Notes: generated by a model not told the origin, from the letters alone. A DNA stretch of 64,000 nt from Nitrospinaceae bacterium (GCA_965237905.1 OZ250172.1:1568001-1632000); one strand, 5' to 3'. Positions 1 to 8,973 are shown, counted from the stretch's first letter. Program-made: numbers and translations.

Positions 1-106
1 AATCATCGAACGCCTCATAGTAAGGCACACCCCCGCAATTGGAGAGGGTCAAGCCCAGCACCAGGCAAAGGGCGAAGCGAACCAGAAGCTGTCGGGGGGA
101 GATCAT
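1..106 (-). CDS. 5' part of a probable lipoprotein gene, running off the window
   Basis: Reverse strand from ATG at 106 reads MISPRQLLVRFALCLVLGLTLSNCGGVPYYEAFDD, a signal peptide with lipobox LSNC. Confidence 0.6.
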   Translation of the reverse strand, partial: MISPRQLLVRFALCLVLGLTLSNCGGVPYYEAFDD

Positions 107-411
107 GGCGGGATGACGTTAAATTATTGTTAATAAATAGCTTAAGATATAGAAAAGCACTGTGTCAAGGCGATTCCCGGCTTTACAAGGTCTGCCACAT
201 CCTGTATAAGTCGGGATCAGCGCGAAGCGGTTTGATTGCAACAGCTTGCGCCTCCCCACACGGGGAGGGGAAACTGGCTAAAAGGTAACTGCAAGAGAAA
301 CCTCTTGAGCGCAAGCGGAGTACCTCTGCAGGCAATTTGAAAATTATCTCCGGCGATTCGCCGGGCGTCGCGCTGGCTGGCCTCAACCCTCTTCATCAAC
401 AGAGAATTCAT

Positions 412-1551
412 GTGACTCGTTTGATCCTGATTGGTTTCATCGCCTCGGTGGTGCTCGGCGCCTTTGCGGGATGCGGACCCAGCGCCAGGGACCCGCAACC
501 GTTCGGCATCCCCTCCGCGTACAAGGTCGGCAAAAAACCCGCCACGCTGGTCGCCCACGACATGAACAACGATGAGTTTCCGGACCTCCTGATCCCAAAT
601 ACGGACGACCACACATTAATGTTTTTTGAGGGCAACGGCGACGGTTCGTTCAAGGAACCGTTCGTGATGAACACCGGTCGAGAGCCGGTAGCTCTGGCGG
701 TGGCGGATTTCAACAGTGACCGCATCCCCGATGCCGCCGTGTGCAATTACGGCGACGGTAATTTCTCCGTCATCCTCGGACAAGTAGATGGCGTGTTCAA
801 AATGCTCGACCCGGTGAAGACCGGCAAGCTTCCGATCGCCATCACCACCGGCGATTTCAATAACGACCGCAAGGCGGATCTGGCAGTGACCTTGCGATTC
901 GACAAGCTGATTATTTTTCTCGGCAACGGCGACGGCACCTTCAAACACGCGGAAGCCTATATCGCACCCGGCACACCGTCGCGACTGGTTGCAGGCGATT
1001 ACAACGGCGACAACAACCAGGACCTCGCCATCGCCTTCAACGCGATGAAGATGAATTTCATCCGCATCTACGACGGCAATGGCGACGGCACCTTCCAGCC
1101 GCCGAGGAAAGTCTTCGGTGGCAAGCAGGCAAGCTTCATCACCCAGAGCGACATGAACGGTGACGGCCATCTGGACCTGATCATCTCCAGCGCCCTTGCG
1201 GACAGTTTGACTATATTTCTAGGCGACGGCAAAGGTGATTTTAAGAGACAGGAAGATTTCGCCGCGGAAAAGGGACCGGGATACATCGTGCCGGGTGAGT
1301 TTACGGGCGACAAGATACCGGACTTGATCGTCGGTAACGTGCGCGACGGCGACATCTCGTTACTGCAGGGGCGGGGCGACGGGTCGTTCATCTTTCCGCA
1401 TTTCAATTATGCAGTAGGGCGCCAACCGCGCGCCATCGCCGGCGCCGACTTCAACAAGGACGGATTGAAAGATCTCGCAGTTTTACTCTACGATTCCGCC
1501 ACACTCCAAATCTTCATGCGCAAAATCGACAACGGCCGCATCGAGTCCTGA
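412..1551 (+). CDS. FG-GAP/VCBS repeat (beta-propeller) lipoprotein
   Basis: Seven repeats of D-F/M/Y-N-x-D-x-x-x-D-L...GNGDGTF; lipobox FAGC after GTG at 412 (ORF track starts at 337). Confidence 0.88.
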   Translation: MTRLILIGFIASVVLGAFAGCGPSARDPQPFGIPSAYKVGKKPATLVAHDMNNDEFPDLLIPNTDDHTLMFFEGNGDGSFKEPFVMNTGREPVALAVADFNSDRIPDAAVCNYGDGNFSVILGQVDGVFKMLDPVKTGKLPIAITTGDFNNDRKADLAVTLRFDKLIIFLGNGDGTFKHAEAYIAPGTPSRLVAGDYNGDNNQDLAIAFNAMKMNFIRIYDGNGDGTFQPPRKVFGGKQASFITQSDMNGDGHLDLIISSALADSLTIFLGDGKGDFKRQEDFAAEKGPGYIVPGEFTGDKIPDLIVGNVRDGDISLLQGRGDGSFIFPHFNYAVGRQPRAIAGADFNKDGLKDLAVLLYDSATLQIFMRKIDNGRIES

Positions 1552-1654
1552 CCTCCCCGCACCACAAAACAAAAAACATCTGACAGGACAACAGGATAAA
1601 ATCTGAATAACCCGGAACAGGGAAAAGGGGAACAAAGGAAGAATTGAAAAATCC

Positions 1655-1743
1655 AAACACAGATTCTTCGTCGCCTGCGGCTTCTCAGAATGACACACCC
1701 TTTTCAATTTGTCATCCTGAGCGTTAGCGAAGAATCTGTGTTT
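1655..1743. repeat. REP-like inverted-repeat element (GATTCTTCG..CAGAATGACA / TGTCATCCTGAGC..CGAAGAATC family)
   Basis: 16-bp perfect terminal inverted repeat aaacacagattcttcg/cgaagaatctgtgttt; related copy at 20403-20477. Confidence 0.8.
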
Positions 1744-1901
1744 TCCCTTTATTCCCCCTCTAATTTATATTCACCCTTTTTAATCGGCTTGCGGAATATG
1801 TGAACCTTTGTTAAGTTTGGGCAACCGTTCTTAACAAAGGGAAAGGCCTATTTTATGAGAAAGCTACCCCTCTTATCAGAGTGAAATAATAGAGGTCGAT
1901 T

Positions 1902-2369
1902 ATGTCAAGCCCCGTATGGGTTGGTCTTTTTAAAATTAGAGATTTACTCGAAAATATCCACAGTGCAAATCAGCAATGGCCCCCAAAAGCAAACGGTGTG
2001 TATATAATTTCTAAGCGGCTTTGGAGAACAAAGCCAAATACTAATAGTGAAATTTTGTATGTTGGAGGCAACACAGGAAAGAGCGAACGGTTCGTTACGA
2101 GAATAGGAGACCTTATGGCAGACCTATTTGGTTTTTATGGAGGAAATACAGGGCATCATTCTGGCGGACAATCAATTAATAAATACTGCCATGAAAATAA
2201 GATACACCCACTAAATTTATTTTTAGGCTGGAAAAAATATCTCATAAGTCCAGAATCAAAATCAAGCGCTCCTAGTAATTGCTCTCGTTGCCAAGAAGTT
2301 CTATTACATGCAGACCTAAGTCCAAAGCTAAATAAAAATAAACCCTCTAAATGCAAATGGCATAGTTAG
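1902..2369 (+). CDS. GIY-YIG-like nuclease-fold protein
   Basis: GVYII...ILYVG, downstream R..R, and C-terminal E-x6-L-S-P-K-L-N; AT-rich; RBS-like gagg upstream. Confidence 0.65.
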   Translation: MSSPVWVGLFKIRDLLENIHSANQQWPPKANGVYIISKRLWRTKPNTNSEILYVGGNTGKSERFVTRIGDLMADLFGFYGGNTGHHSGGQSINKYCHENKIHPLNLFLGWKKYLISPESKSSAPSNCSRCQEVLLHADLSPKLNKNKPSKCKWHS

Positions 2370-2374
2370 CCAAA

Positions 2375-3040
2375 TTGATGGTATTAAAAATAGTTCAAAT
2401 TCTAAAATCTTTTTTAATTAAATTTTTGAACCTAAAAATGGATAAGACTAAGAAAGATATATTTATTTCACCAGCCCCAGCAGTAGCAAAGACAACTGCA
2501 TTATCACCAACTGTATGGGTTTCAGCGAATTTCTCACATAAATGGTTCGAAGATGCCTTACATGAGGCAACAACAGAAAACACTGAAAATTCAATGCGGC
2601 GCGAAATAATCTTTTCTGTTTGTTTTTTAGAAAGCTACATTTTTGAATGGGTTAGAAATATAGACATTGGTATTATAAATAACTACTTCCCAGCTCAATC
2701 AAGATATCAGGGCGATACTCGCTATCGCAGAACTCTTAAAAATAAGTGGAAAGGAATTCCAAAAGAATTATTCGGTGAGGGCAAACTAACCTGCGAGCCA
2801 AGCTTGAATCTTTCAGAACTAGGAATATTAATTAAATACCGAGATGGGCTTGTTCATGCCGCAGCCAGCCGTCCATCAACAGACGTCCAAGCTCCTAATG
2901 AAAAACCTGTACCACCAATCGATGAATTAAAAAAGCTAAGTTCAGGATGGGCTCTTTCAATAGCAGTAGAATTAGTTAAAAAGTTGCATAATGATTTAGG
3001 AACAGACCCCCCAGATTATTTTGAAAACTGGAAAAAATGA
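2375..3040 (+). CDS. HEPN-like protein (start may be ATG 2438)
   Basis: Helical protein with FLESYI and Rx4H motif RDGLVH; AT-rich. Confidence 0.6.
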   Translation: MMVLKIVQILKSFLIKFLNLKMDKTKKDIFISPAPAVAKTTALSPTVWVSANFSHKWFEDALHEATTENTENSMRREIIFSVCFLESYIFEWVRNIDIGIINNYFPAQSRYQGDTRYRRTLKNKWKGIPKELFGEGKLTCEPSLNLSELGILIKYRDGLVHAAASRPSTDVQAPNEKPVPPIDELKKLSSGWALSIAVELVKKLHNDLGTDPPDYFENWKK

Positions 3041-4224
3041 AAATATCCATACAGTCTTACAGAATCTATGGTTCTAAAAAACACTACCGGCAGGAATCAC
3101 CGAGAACACCTTCCGCAAAACCACTTGTAATCTCCAATTACCCTCAAGCAAACGAGAAATCAGAAATAATCTTGGGAGAGTTTCCAAAAGATTATGAGAT
3201 AGCCTTCCAGGCCAGGAAAGCATTTGTAAGAAGTCTTGCTGATTCTTTCATTATCCAAGCTAACCGAGAGGGAGAAGATAATGTTTTTGACGATTATATT
3301 CAAAAAACAATAGAAACATCAGAACTCAAAGTTTCGGAGGAAGATTGGAATTGTTATATAACTTTTATAATTGATAAAGAAATTGAAATTGAGGATGAAT
3401 ATATTAAAAACCGGAAATATCTTTGGTTGAACGCTAGAATAGCTACCCAATTAAAAGAAGAATTTCATCAATACTGTCAATTGTACCTTGATAGGCTGAC
3501 CTCCCTCGGAATTATAGTTTTCGGAGAAGATATTATTTCAAATATTGTCGTAGAGGATGAAATTTTCTGCGCCCCAGATAAGATGCCGTTTAGCCAATTT
3601 GAAATTAAGGGTGGTGAAGCGAGTATTTCTCTAGAATTAGACCCTATTGAAGAAAAGTTGGATCAAAAAACTATCGAAAACTTATTAAATAATTTTTGCA
3701 AACTATCAAGTCGCGTCCATAAATTTTTCGATTCTGCAAGGCATTGGTATCTTGCCGCAGAAAAAGAAACCGATCCTTGGAAAAGGTTTATGTGGGGTTT
3801 CTTGGTAATGGAGATACTGGCAAGTAAAATATCTAACCAACTATATGATCATGTTATGGGGAGCTTAACTATTGAATACGATGCAATTGATAACGATGAT
3901 GACAGGAAAATTGAACCTTGGATTTCTCTAAAAGAATTATATCCTCCTAAGGATCGTTTAAATTTGACCCAAAAATTCACAATAATGGCTATCGGATTGA
4001 AAAGTAAAACAATATTAAAAGATATTGAAGCTTTTAAAAAGATAAAAAAATCCAGAGACCGATTATCTCATGGAGACCTCAAAAATGAATCTGAGTTACC
4101 ATTACATGAGTTTTTGCCTTTATTAAGAAGATATTTTGTAGAAGCAATAAAATTTAATTTAGAAAAAGGTAAAATTTCTCCTTTAGAGCCTCCTGATAAT
4201 ATGGAAATTAGGGTGAGTCTTTAA
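3037..4224 (+). CDS. protein with C-terminal ApeA-like/HEPN domain
   Basis: RF.W.F...E.L helix then Rx4H motif RDRLSHG; ATGA overlap with previous gene; AT-rich. Confidence 0.62.
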   Translation: MKISIQSYRIYGSKKHYRQESPRTPSAKPLVISNYPQANEKSEIILGEFPKDYEIAFQARKAFVRSLADSFIIQANREGEDNVFDDYIQKTIETSELKVSEEDWNCYITFIIDKEIEIEDEYIKNRKYLWLNARIATQLKEEFHQYCQLYLDRLTSLGIIVFGEDIISNIVVEDEIFCAPDKMPFSQFEIKGGEASISLELDPIEEKLDQKTIENLLNNFCKLSSRVHKFFDSARHWYLAAEKETDPWKRFMWGFLVMEILASKISNQLYDHVMGSLTIEYDAIDNDDDRKIEPWISLKELYPPKDRLNLTQKFTIMAIGLKSKTILKDIEAFKKIKKSRDRLSHGDLKNESELPLHEFLPLLRRYFVEAIKFNLEKGKISPLEPPDNMEIRVSL

Positions 4225-4303
4225 GCGAGGTGAAAAATCCCCCGGCCCCCTTCAAGAAGAGGAAGGTTCTCTCTGTGTCCTCTACGGTGAGTTAAGTCTT
4301 TTT

Positions 4304-6382
4304 TTATCCCCCGGTGAGTTTGGGGGCGGGGTAAGAGGGCAGGCGGTTGTAGAGGATCATTTTGGTTTCGGTGTCGAGGCGGCCGTGGTCCTTGAGGTTG
4401 TAGTAACGCTGGAACTTAGCCACAGCATCGGCGGTGCGCCGACCGTACCGGGGATCGGGCTGTTCGTTGTAGTAACCGAGCAGGTTCAACTGCTGTTGCA
4501 GCCATTTAGCAGGCTCACCTTTGTAGCCGGTTTTCATATCGCCGGGCAATTCTTCAAAATTTTTCCAGGGCACCCAGGCCTTGTGTGTCCACAGCGATTC
4601 AAATAGAGACAACGGAATTTCAAACGTCTCGTTGGAACGAAACACCCCCACATTGCCCTTGAGCGCCACCAACGCCAGGTAACGCGCGCCTTTGCCGTCC
4701 GGCAGGGTGAGCTCCACCAGAGCGGGATAGTTGAGCGTCGTTAACCGGTTCAGGTTGCTATTCGATTCATAAACGGAAAGCCCGTAATCGGTTTTTAGAA
4801 TTTTCTGCGCCTGCGGCGTCAGGGTGACCGTTTCTTTTTTGAAAGCGCGCCACCGTTTCAACACCCAGCGCGCGGCTTCGATTTTACTTTCACCGGTTGT
4901 CAGCGTGGACAGCTCCTCGACCAACTCTTTTTCTTGAGAAAATTTGACCGGAATTTGAGAATCCGCGGACTCATTGACCGGGCTGTCGCCCACCGAAGAC
5001 AGGGTGCGCGTTTGGGGCGACGCCTGGGGCACCAGTTGTCCCGACTGAGACAAATTCAGGGGTGTCTGCTCGATCATGTCGGTAATCTTGGTATCCTGCG
5101 GAACCGGATCAGATGATGAAAACTGGGTTTGAAAATAAACCGTGATCGCCGCCAGTCCACTGATCACCAAAAAAGCGGCGGCCAGCCTTCGAAGCGATCT
5201 GTTCCTCAAGGGTTTCGGTTGGATGTCCTCCAGAGTCTTCTCTGCCAGTCCGATAATAATGCGGTCGATCTTTTTCACTCCCCGAAGATGCGCCTCCGCC
5301 AGCGCCTGGTCGGCAAATCGGTTGATCAACCGGGGAAGGCCGCCGGAGGCCCGGAATACGGCATCGGCCGCAGGACGGCTGAAAGCCACCTTGCCCTTGC
5401 CGCCCGCCACATTCAGGCGATGCTGAATATAACCGTGCGTTTCTTCAAGGTTCAACGGATGCAGTTCCCACTGGGCACCGATGCGTTGCTGAAGTGATGC
5501 CATGGAGGACCGGTTCAGAGTTTTGTCCAACTCCGGCTGGCCGATCAAAACGATTTGGAGCAGTTTATCTTTTTCGGTTTCAAGGTTGGACAGGATGCGC
5601 AACTCTTCGAGCATCCCGGGAGCCAGGTCCTGCGCCTCGTCCACCACAACGGCGACGTACCGTCCCTCTGCTTTTTTCCTGATGAGGAACTTCCTTAAAT
5701 GAAACAACAACTCTTTTTTGTTTTTGCTGTGCGACGGCAGATTGAACTCGGCGTTGATGGATTGTATCAGCTCCACCGCGCTGTCGCAGGGATGAATCAG
5801 AGTGGCGAAATCGATGCCCGAATTCAGTTCCCTTAAGAAACTGCAACAGAGGATGGTTTTTCCAGTCCCCACGGCACCTACGATTTTCACGACTCCCTTG
5901 TTCTCCTGAAGAGCCAGCACCAACTGGGCCAGCACTTCCTTGTGCCGGGGAATCAGGTAAAAGTATTCCGGGTCGGGGGTGAGCTCAAACGGCTTTGCGC
6001 TCAATCCAAAAAATTCCAGATAAGACTGTGCCTGCTTGCGTTTGGCGATCATCACTTCCACGTCGCCTACTGCACGGGGAGGAGCCGGAACCTCGTCCGG
6101 TTCACTTGAAGTGTCCGGTTGGATATCTTTAAGATAGGGTGTGGGATCTATTCGCGCGTTATATTCCTCGCGCTTGGCATCATCCGAAAGCAGATCAAAC
6201 GCCTCCTGAACCTGTTCGATCTGCTCGATCAGCGAACCTTCCAAGGGACCCGGTTTGGGACGCTCCTGGGGATGATCGAAATATCGGATCCAGCCCAGAT
6301 ACGATTCCTTGATCTCACGCGGCGAGGCCTGGGGAGAAATTCCCAGCGCCTGGTAGTAATCGGTATATTTGACAGGGGACAC
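4304..6382 (-). CDS. ExeA/GspA-like AAA ATPase with N-terminal J-like domain and C-terminal peptidoglycan-binding domain
   Basis: DYYQALGI J-like start; YLEFFGL..PF..TPDP; Walker A GAVGTGKT; Walker B VVVDEAQ; LIGQPEL; TM helix; AVAKFQ...L...G PG-binding motif. Confidence 0.85.
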   Translation of the reverse strand: MSPVKYTDYYQALGISPQASPREIKESYLGWIRYFDHPQERPKPGPLEGSLIEQIEQVQEAFDLLSDDAKREEYNARIDPTPYLKDIQPDTSSEPDEVPAPPRAVGDVEVMIAKRKQAQSYLEFFGLSAKPFELTPDPEYFYLIPRHKEVLAQLVLALQENKGVVKIVGAVGTGKTILCCSFLRELNSGIDFATLIHPCDSAVELIQSINAEFNLPSHSKNKKELLFHLRKFLIRKKAEGRYVAVVVDEAQDLAPGMLEELRILSNLETEKDKLLQIVLIGQPELDKTLNRSSMASLQQRIGAQWELHPLNLEETHGYIQHRLNVAGGKGKVAFSRPAADAVFRASGGLPRLINRFADQALAEAHLRGVKKIDRIIIGLAEKTLEDIQPKPLRNRSLRRLAAAFLVISGLAAITVYFQTQFSSSDPVPQDTKITDMIEQTPLNLSQSGQLVPQASPQTRTLSSVGDSPVNESADSQIPVKFSQEKELVEELSTLTTGESKIEAARWVLKRWRAFKKETVTLTPQAQKILKTDYGLSVYESNSNLNRLTTLNYPALVELTLPDGKGARYLALVALKGNVGVFRSNETFEIPLSLFESLWTHKAWVPWKNFEELPGDMKTGYKGEPAKWLQQQLNLLGYYNEQPDPRYGRRTADAVAKFQRYYNLKDHGRLDTETKMILYNRLPSYPAPKLTGG

Positions 6383-6614
6383 AGCGCACTCTCCAGAAGT
6401 TCAGTTGCCGATTCGAAATCAACAGCCTTTTTTTGCCGCCGTATCAATATACAAATTCTGGAGAGAACTGTAAACAAAAAATAACGGACAAGTCCTTAAA
6501 AAACAATAATATGAGTGAAAATCCAGCGGTCTGGGCCGAATTTGCCCCAATCGGAGTGATGGGCTGAGAGCGGTTGACCGGAAAGGCTGGATAGGGGTAT
6601 GGTGTGGCCCAACG

Positions 6615-6711
6615 GCTCCCTTGACAGGGAGGGGACCGGGCCAAGCCCGGTGTGAATATATCCGGAGTAATCTCTGTTTAAACTGGGTCCAGCATCACGT
6701 TGACCGGTAGC
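6615..6711. repeat. ~100-bp dispersed structured repeat, copy 1 (diverged)
   Basis: gctcccttgacagggagggg ... tgggtccagcatcacgttgaccggtagc matches copy at 6884-6984. Confidence 0.75.
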
Positions 6712-6735
6712 TCATGGTGACAGGACTCTGCGATT

Positions 6736-6921
6736 ATGACCTCAAAGCCCAAACCCAAACCGAAATGTCCCGCCTGTGGAAAACCGGCGGTCAAGAAGGA
6801 CAATGCCTTTTTTCCGTTCTGCTCCGAGCAGTGCCGGTTGATTGATCTGGGACATTGGCTGGCCAGCGGCTATTCCGTACCCAGCTCCCTTGACAGGGAG
6901 GGGAAAGATGCTGACCGTTAG
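6736..6921 (+). CDS. yacG: DNA gyrase inhibitor YacG
   Basis: CPACGK...PFCSEQCRLIDLGHW...Y.VP zinc-finger signature. Confidence 0.92.
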   Translation: MTSKPKPKPKCPACGKPAVKKDNAFFPFCSEQCRLIDLGHWLASGYSVPSSLDREGKDADR

Positions 6922-6984
6922 CGGCTATTGACATCTACTGGGCGCAATTTAAAATTTGGGTCCAGCGTCACGCTGGCCGGTAGC
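6884..6984. repeat. ~100-bp dispersed structured repeat, copy 2
   Basis: gctcccttgacagggagggg...gctgaccgttagcggc...cgcaatt...gtccagcgtcacgctggc; overlaps yacG 3' end. Confidence 0.8.
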
Positions 6985-7194
6985 GATTCTCCCTTGTCAC
7001 CGGACCCCGAATCCCCAGAAAACAATTAAATGAAGAATCCCCCCGGCCCCCTTTACAAGGGGGAGCAAAATCAAAAATCCTGTTCATCCTGCTGATCCCG
7101 TTATTCGTTCCTCCAGGATGTTGATGGTTATCACCTGTTTGGGAGGACCTGTCTGCGTTTGGTTTTCTCTGTGCCCTCTGTGGTAATCAATCAG

Positions 7195-7662
7195 CTAGGG
7201 TTTGATGTAGAGGTAGCCCTGTTCCTGCAGGTCGGCGATGCGCTTGACAGCAACCGGGTGCGCGGTCGGTTTGAATCCCGGTGTCAGTTTATCCAATGGA
7301 CGGTTGAACAGTTTCATGGACACCTGGCACATTTCCGGTTTCACGCCTATATCCAGAATCTTTTTCAGTTTGGCCTTGAGGGCGGGATCGACGCTTTCCT
7401 TATCGAACAGCATCAGAGCGGGTCCGTGCACAACGACCTTCACGTCGATTTTGTCCAGCCCGCCTTCCGCTTCGATGTGTTTGTTGATGAGCGCCATGGC
7501 GTACTTGGCGGTGCCGACATCCGAACTGTCGATGTGATACAGCACCTTCAATTTACCATCAGGTGTGCGATGGTTGTCCGCTCCCGCCTGCGCGGAAATC
7601 ACTCCGGACAACAGGAAAATGCCAATCAGTAATATTCGAAATACCAGCTTGCGTTGCGACAT
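7195..7662 (-). CDS. exported DsrE-family protein
   Basis: Signal peptide; KVLYHI...VVVHGPAL...MCQVSM...IADLQEQGYLYIKP pattern; RBS ggagga. Confidence 0.8.
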   Translation of the reverse strand: MSQRKLVFRILLIGIFLLSGVISAQAGADNHRTPDGKLKVLYHIDSSDVGTAKYAMALINKHIEAEGGLDKIDVKVVVHGPALMLFDKESVDPALKAKLKKILDIGVKPEMCQVSMKLFNRPLDKLTPGFKPTAHPVAVKRIADLQEQGYLYIKP

Positions 7663-7776
7663 ATGATCCTCCTGGAACTGCGTTCCAAAGTTTTTTAAGA
7701 TGAGCCCCGACCCGACCGGGGACGAAAAGTATGTTTGTCTGAGTGTACCACGGCTGAAATTTCCGCACGCAAATAC

Positions 7777-7863
7777 TCAGCGGCTTTTTTTGGGTTCGTC
7801 AGAACGGGGAATGGCGGGCAGGTCGTTGAAACTCAGGAGATATCAGGAGTAGGTATACTTAAG
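7777..7863 (-). pseudogene. displaced 3'-end remnant of the gene at 8599-8973
   Basis: Reads LKYTYS*YLLSFNDLPAIPRSDEPKKSR* versus LKYAYPGYKLSFNDLPSIPDK*; 20-nt exact match 7817-7836 = 8618-8637. Confidence 0.8.
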
Positions 7864-7871
7864 CGATCTGA

Positions 7872-8522
7872 TTACTTTACAGGGCAGTTCTGATTGTAAC
7901 GGGTAAAAACAAAATTTGGTCCTTGACCGGGATGGGCGTTCCGTATCTTTAAGGCTTCGGCTTTCGCCAACTTGGCTTCCTCATTTCTGCCAGAAAGATC
8001 GAGGGCTTCCCCATACTCTTCAAAGAGAAGAGCTACCCCTATCGGATCACTTTTTACTGCGCCCAATTTTTTGATTGTTTCCAAACCGCTTGTGAAATAT
8101 TGTACAGATTCTTTTTTTCGGCCTGTATCGTAAAATAAATGTGCCAACTCGAAATAATTGGCGCTTAAATTTCCGGGAGCCCTGTCTCCAGGAGACATTT
8201 TAAGATAAAGATCAAGCGCCTCTTTTAAAAATTTTTCAGCCTCCGTATGTTCACAAAGATAACCCGTCAACCGACCATATTCGTACTTTATCAAAGCAGT
8301 TTCATAGTCTGAAAGATGTCCCATCTCTGCATTGGCCAAGGCTCTGCTATAATTCTTTCTGGCTAATTCTAAATCCCCCATGTTTTCGGCCTGGATTCCT
8401 GCACGGTAATAATTTTTGTAGGTCCTTCGATTAATAGGATTTGCACAAGCAGTAATCCAACACAACACTAAAATAAGGGCCACCAAAGCAAATCTTTTTT
8501 GACCATAAAGAAAATGATCCAT
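7872..8522 (-). CDS. TPR-like lipoprotein (AT-rich insert)
   Basis: Lipobox ITAC; helical TPR-like repeats. Confidence 0.75.
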   Translation of the reverse strand: MDHFLYGQKRFALVALILVLCWITACANPINRRTYKNYYRAGIQAENMGDLELARKNYSRALANAEMGHLSDYETALIKYEYGRLTGYLCEHTEAEKFLKEALDLYLKMSPGDRAPGNLSANYFELAHLFYDTGRKKESVQYFTSGLETIKKLGAVKSDPIGVALLFEEYGEALDLSGRNEEAKLAKAEALKIRNAHPGQGPNFVFTRYNQNCPVK

Positions 8523-8598
8523 ATCGAAAATTCCCCTAATTACAAATCATATGAAGTTTGGAGTTAACAATACTACATATCTGATTTTTTTGTCTTTT

Positions 8599-8973
8599 TT
8601 ATTTATCCGGAATTGACGGCAGGTCGTTGAAACTCAGCTTGTATCCGGGATACGCGTATTTCAACAGAAGGTCGATCACCTGCCGAATAGCGGCGACGTG
8701 GTATTTGCGCGCGTGGGCGCCGTCGAAGTGCGGATCGTCTTCCTCAATGGAAATGGTTCCCGGATTGAGGTAGTTCAAATAGAACGCGCCGAGCGGGCGG
8801 AACTTCTCCAGCGGCTCGTCCTCCGGGCAGGAGTTGACGATGATCATGTGGATATCCTGCCCCGGCGTGGAATACACCTCGAACAGGCCGCCTTCCTTGA
8901 TGGTGTAGCGGCGGCAGTAATCCAGAATCCGGCGCGCGTCCTGGACCGAAACCTCCTTGTAAACAACATGCAT
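8599..8973 (-). CDS. hypothetical protein
   Basis: Host-like codon bias from ATG 8973 (MHVVYKEV...); ORF track extends to 9120. Confidence 0.7.
   Translation of the reverse strand: MHVVYKEVSVQDARRILDYCRRYTIKEGGLFEVYSTPGQDIHMIIVNSCPEDEPLEKFRPLGAFYLNYLNPGTISIEEDDPHFDGAHARKYHVAAIRQVIDLLLKYAYPGYKLSFNDLPSIPDK

Noticed and set aside
1902..4224. Integron cassette array
   Set aside because: Genes abut or overlap with no recognisable attC sites, and no integron integrase is present.
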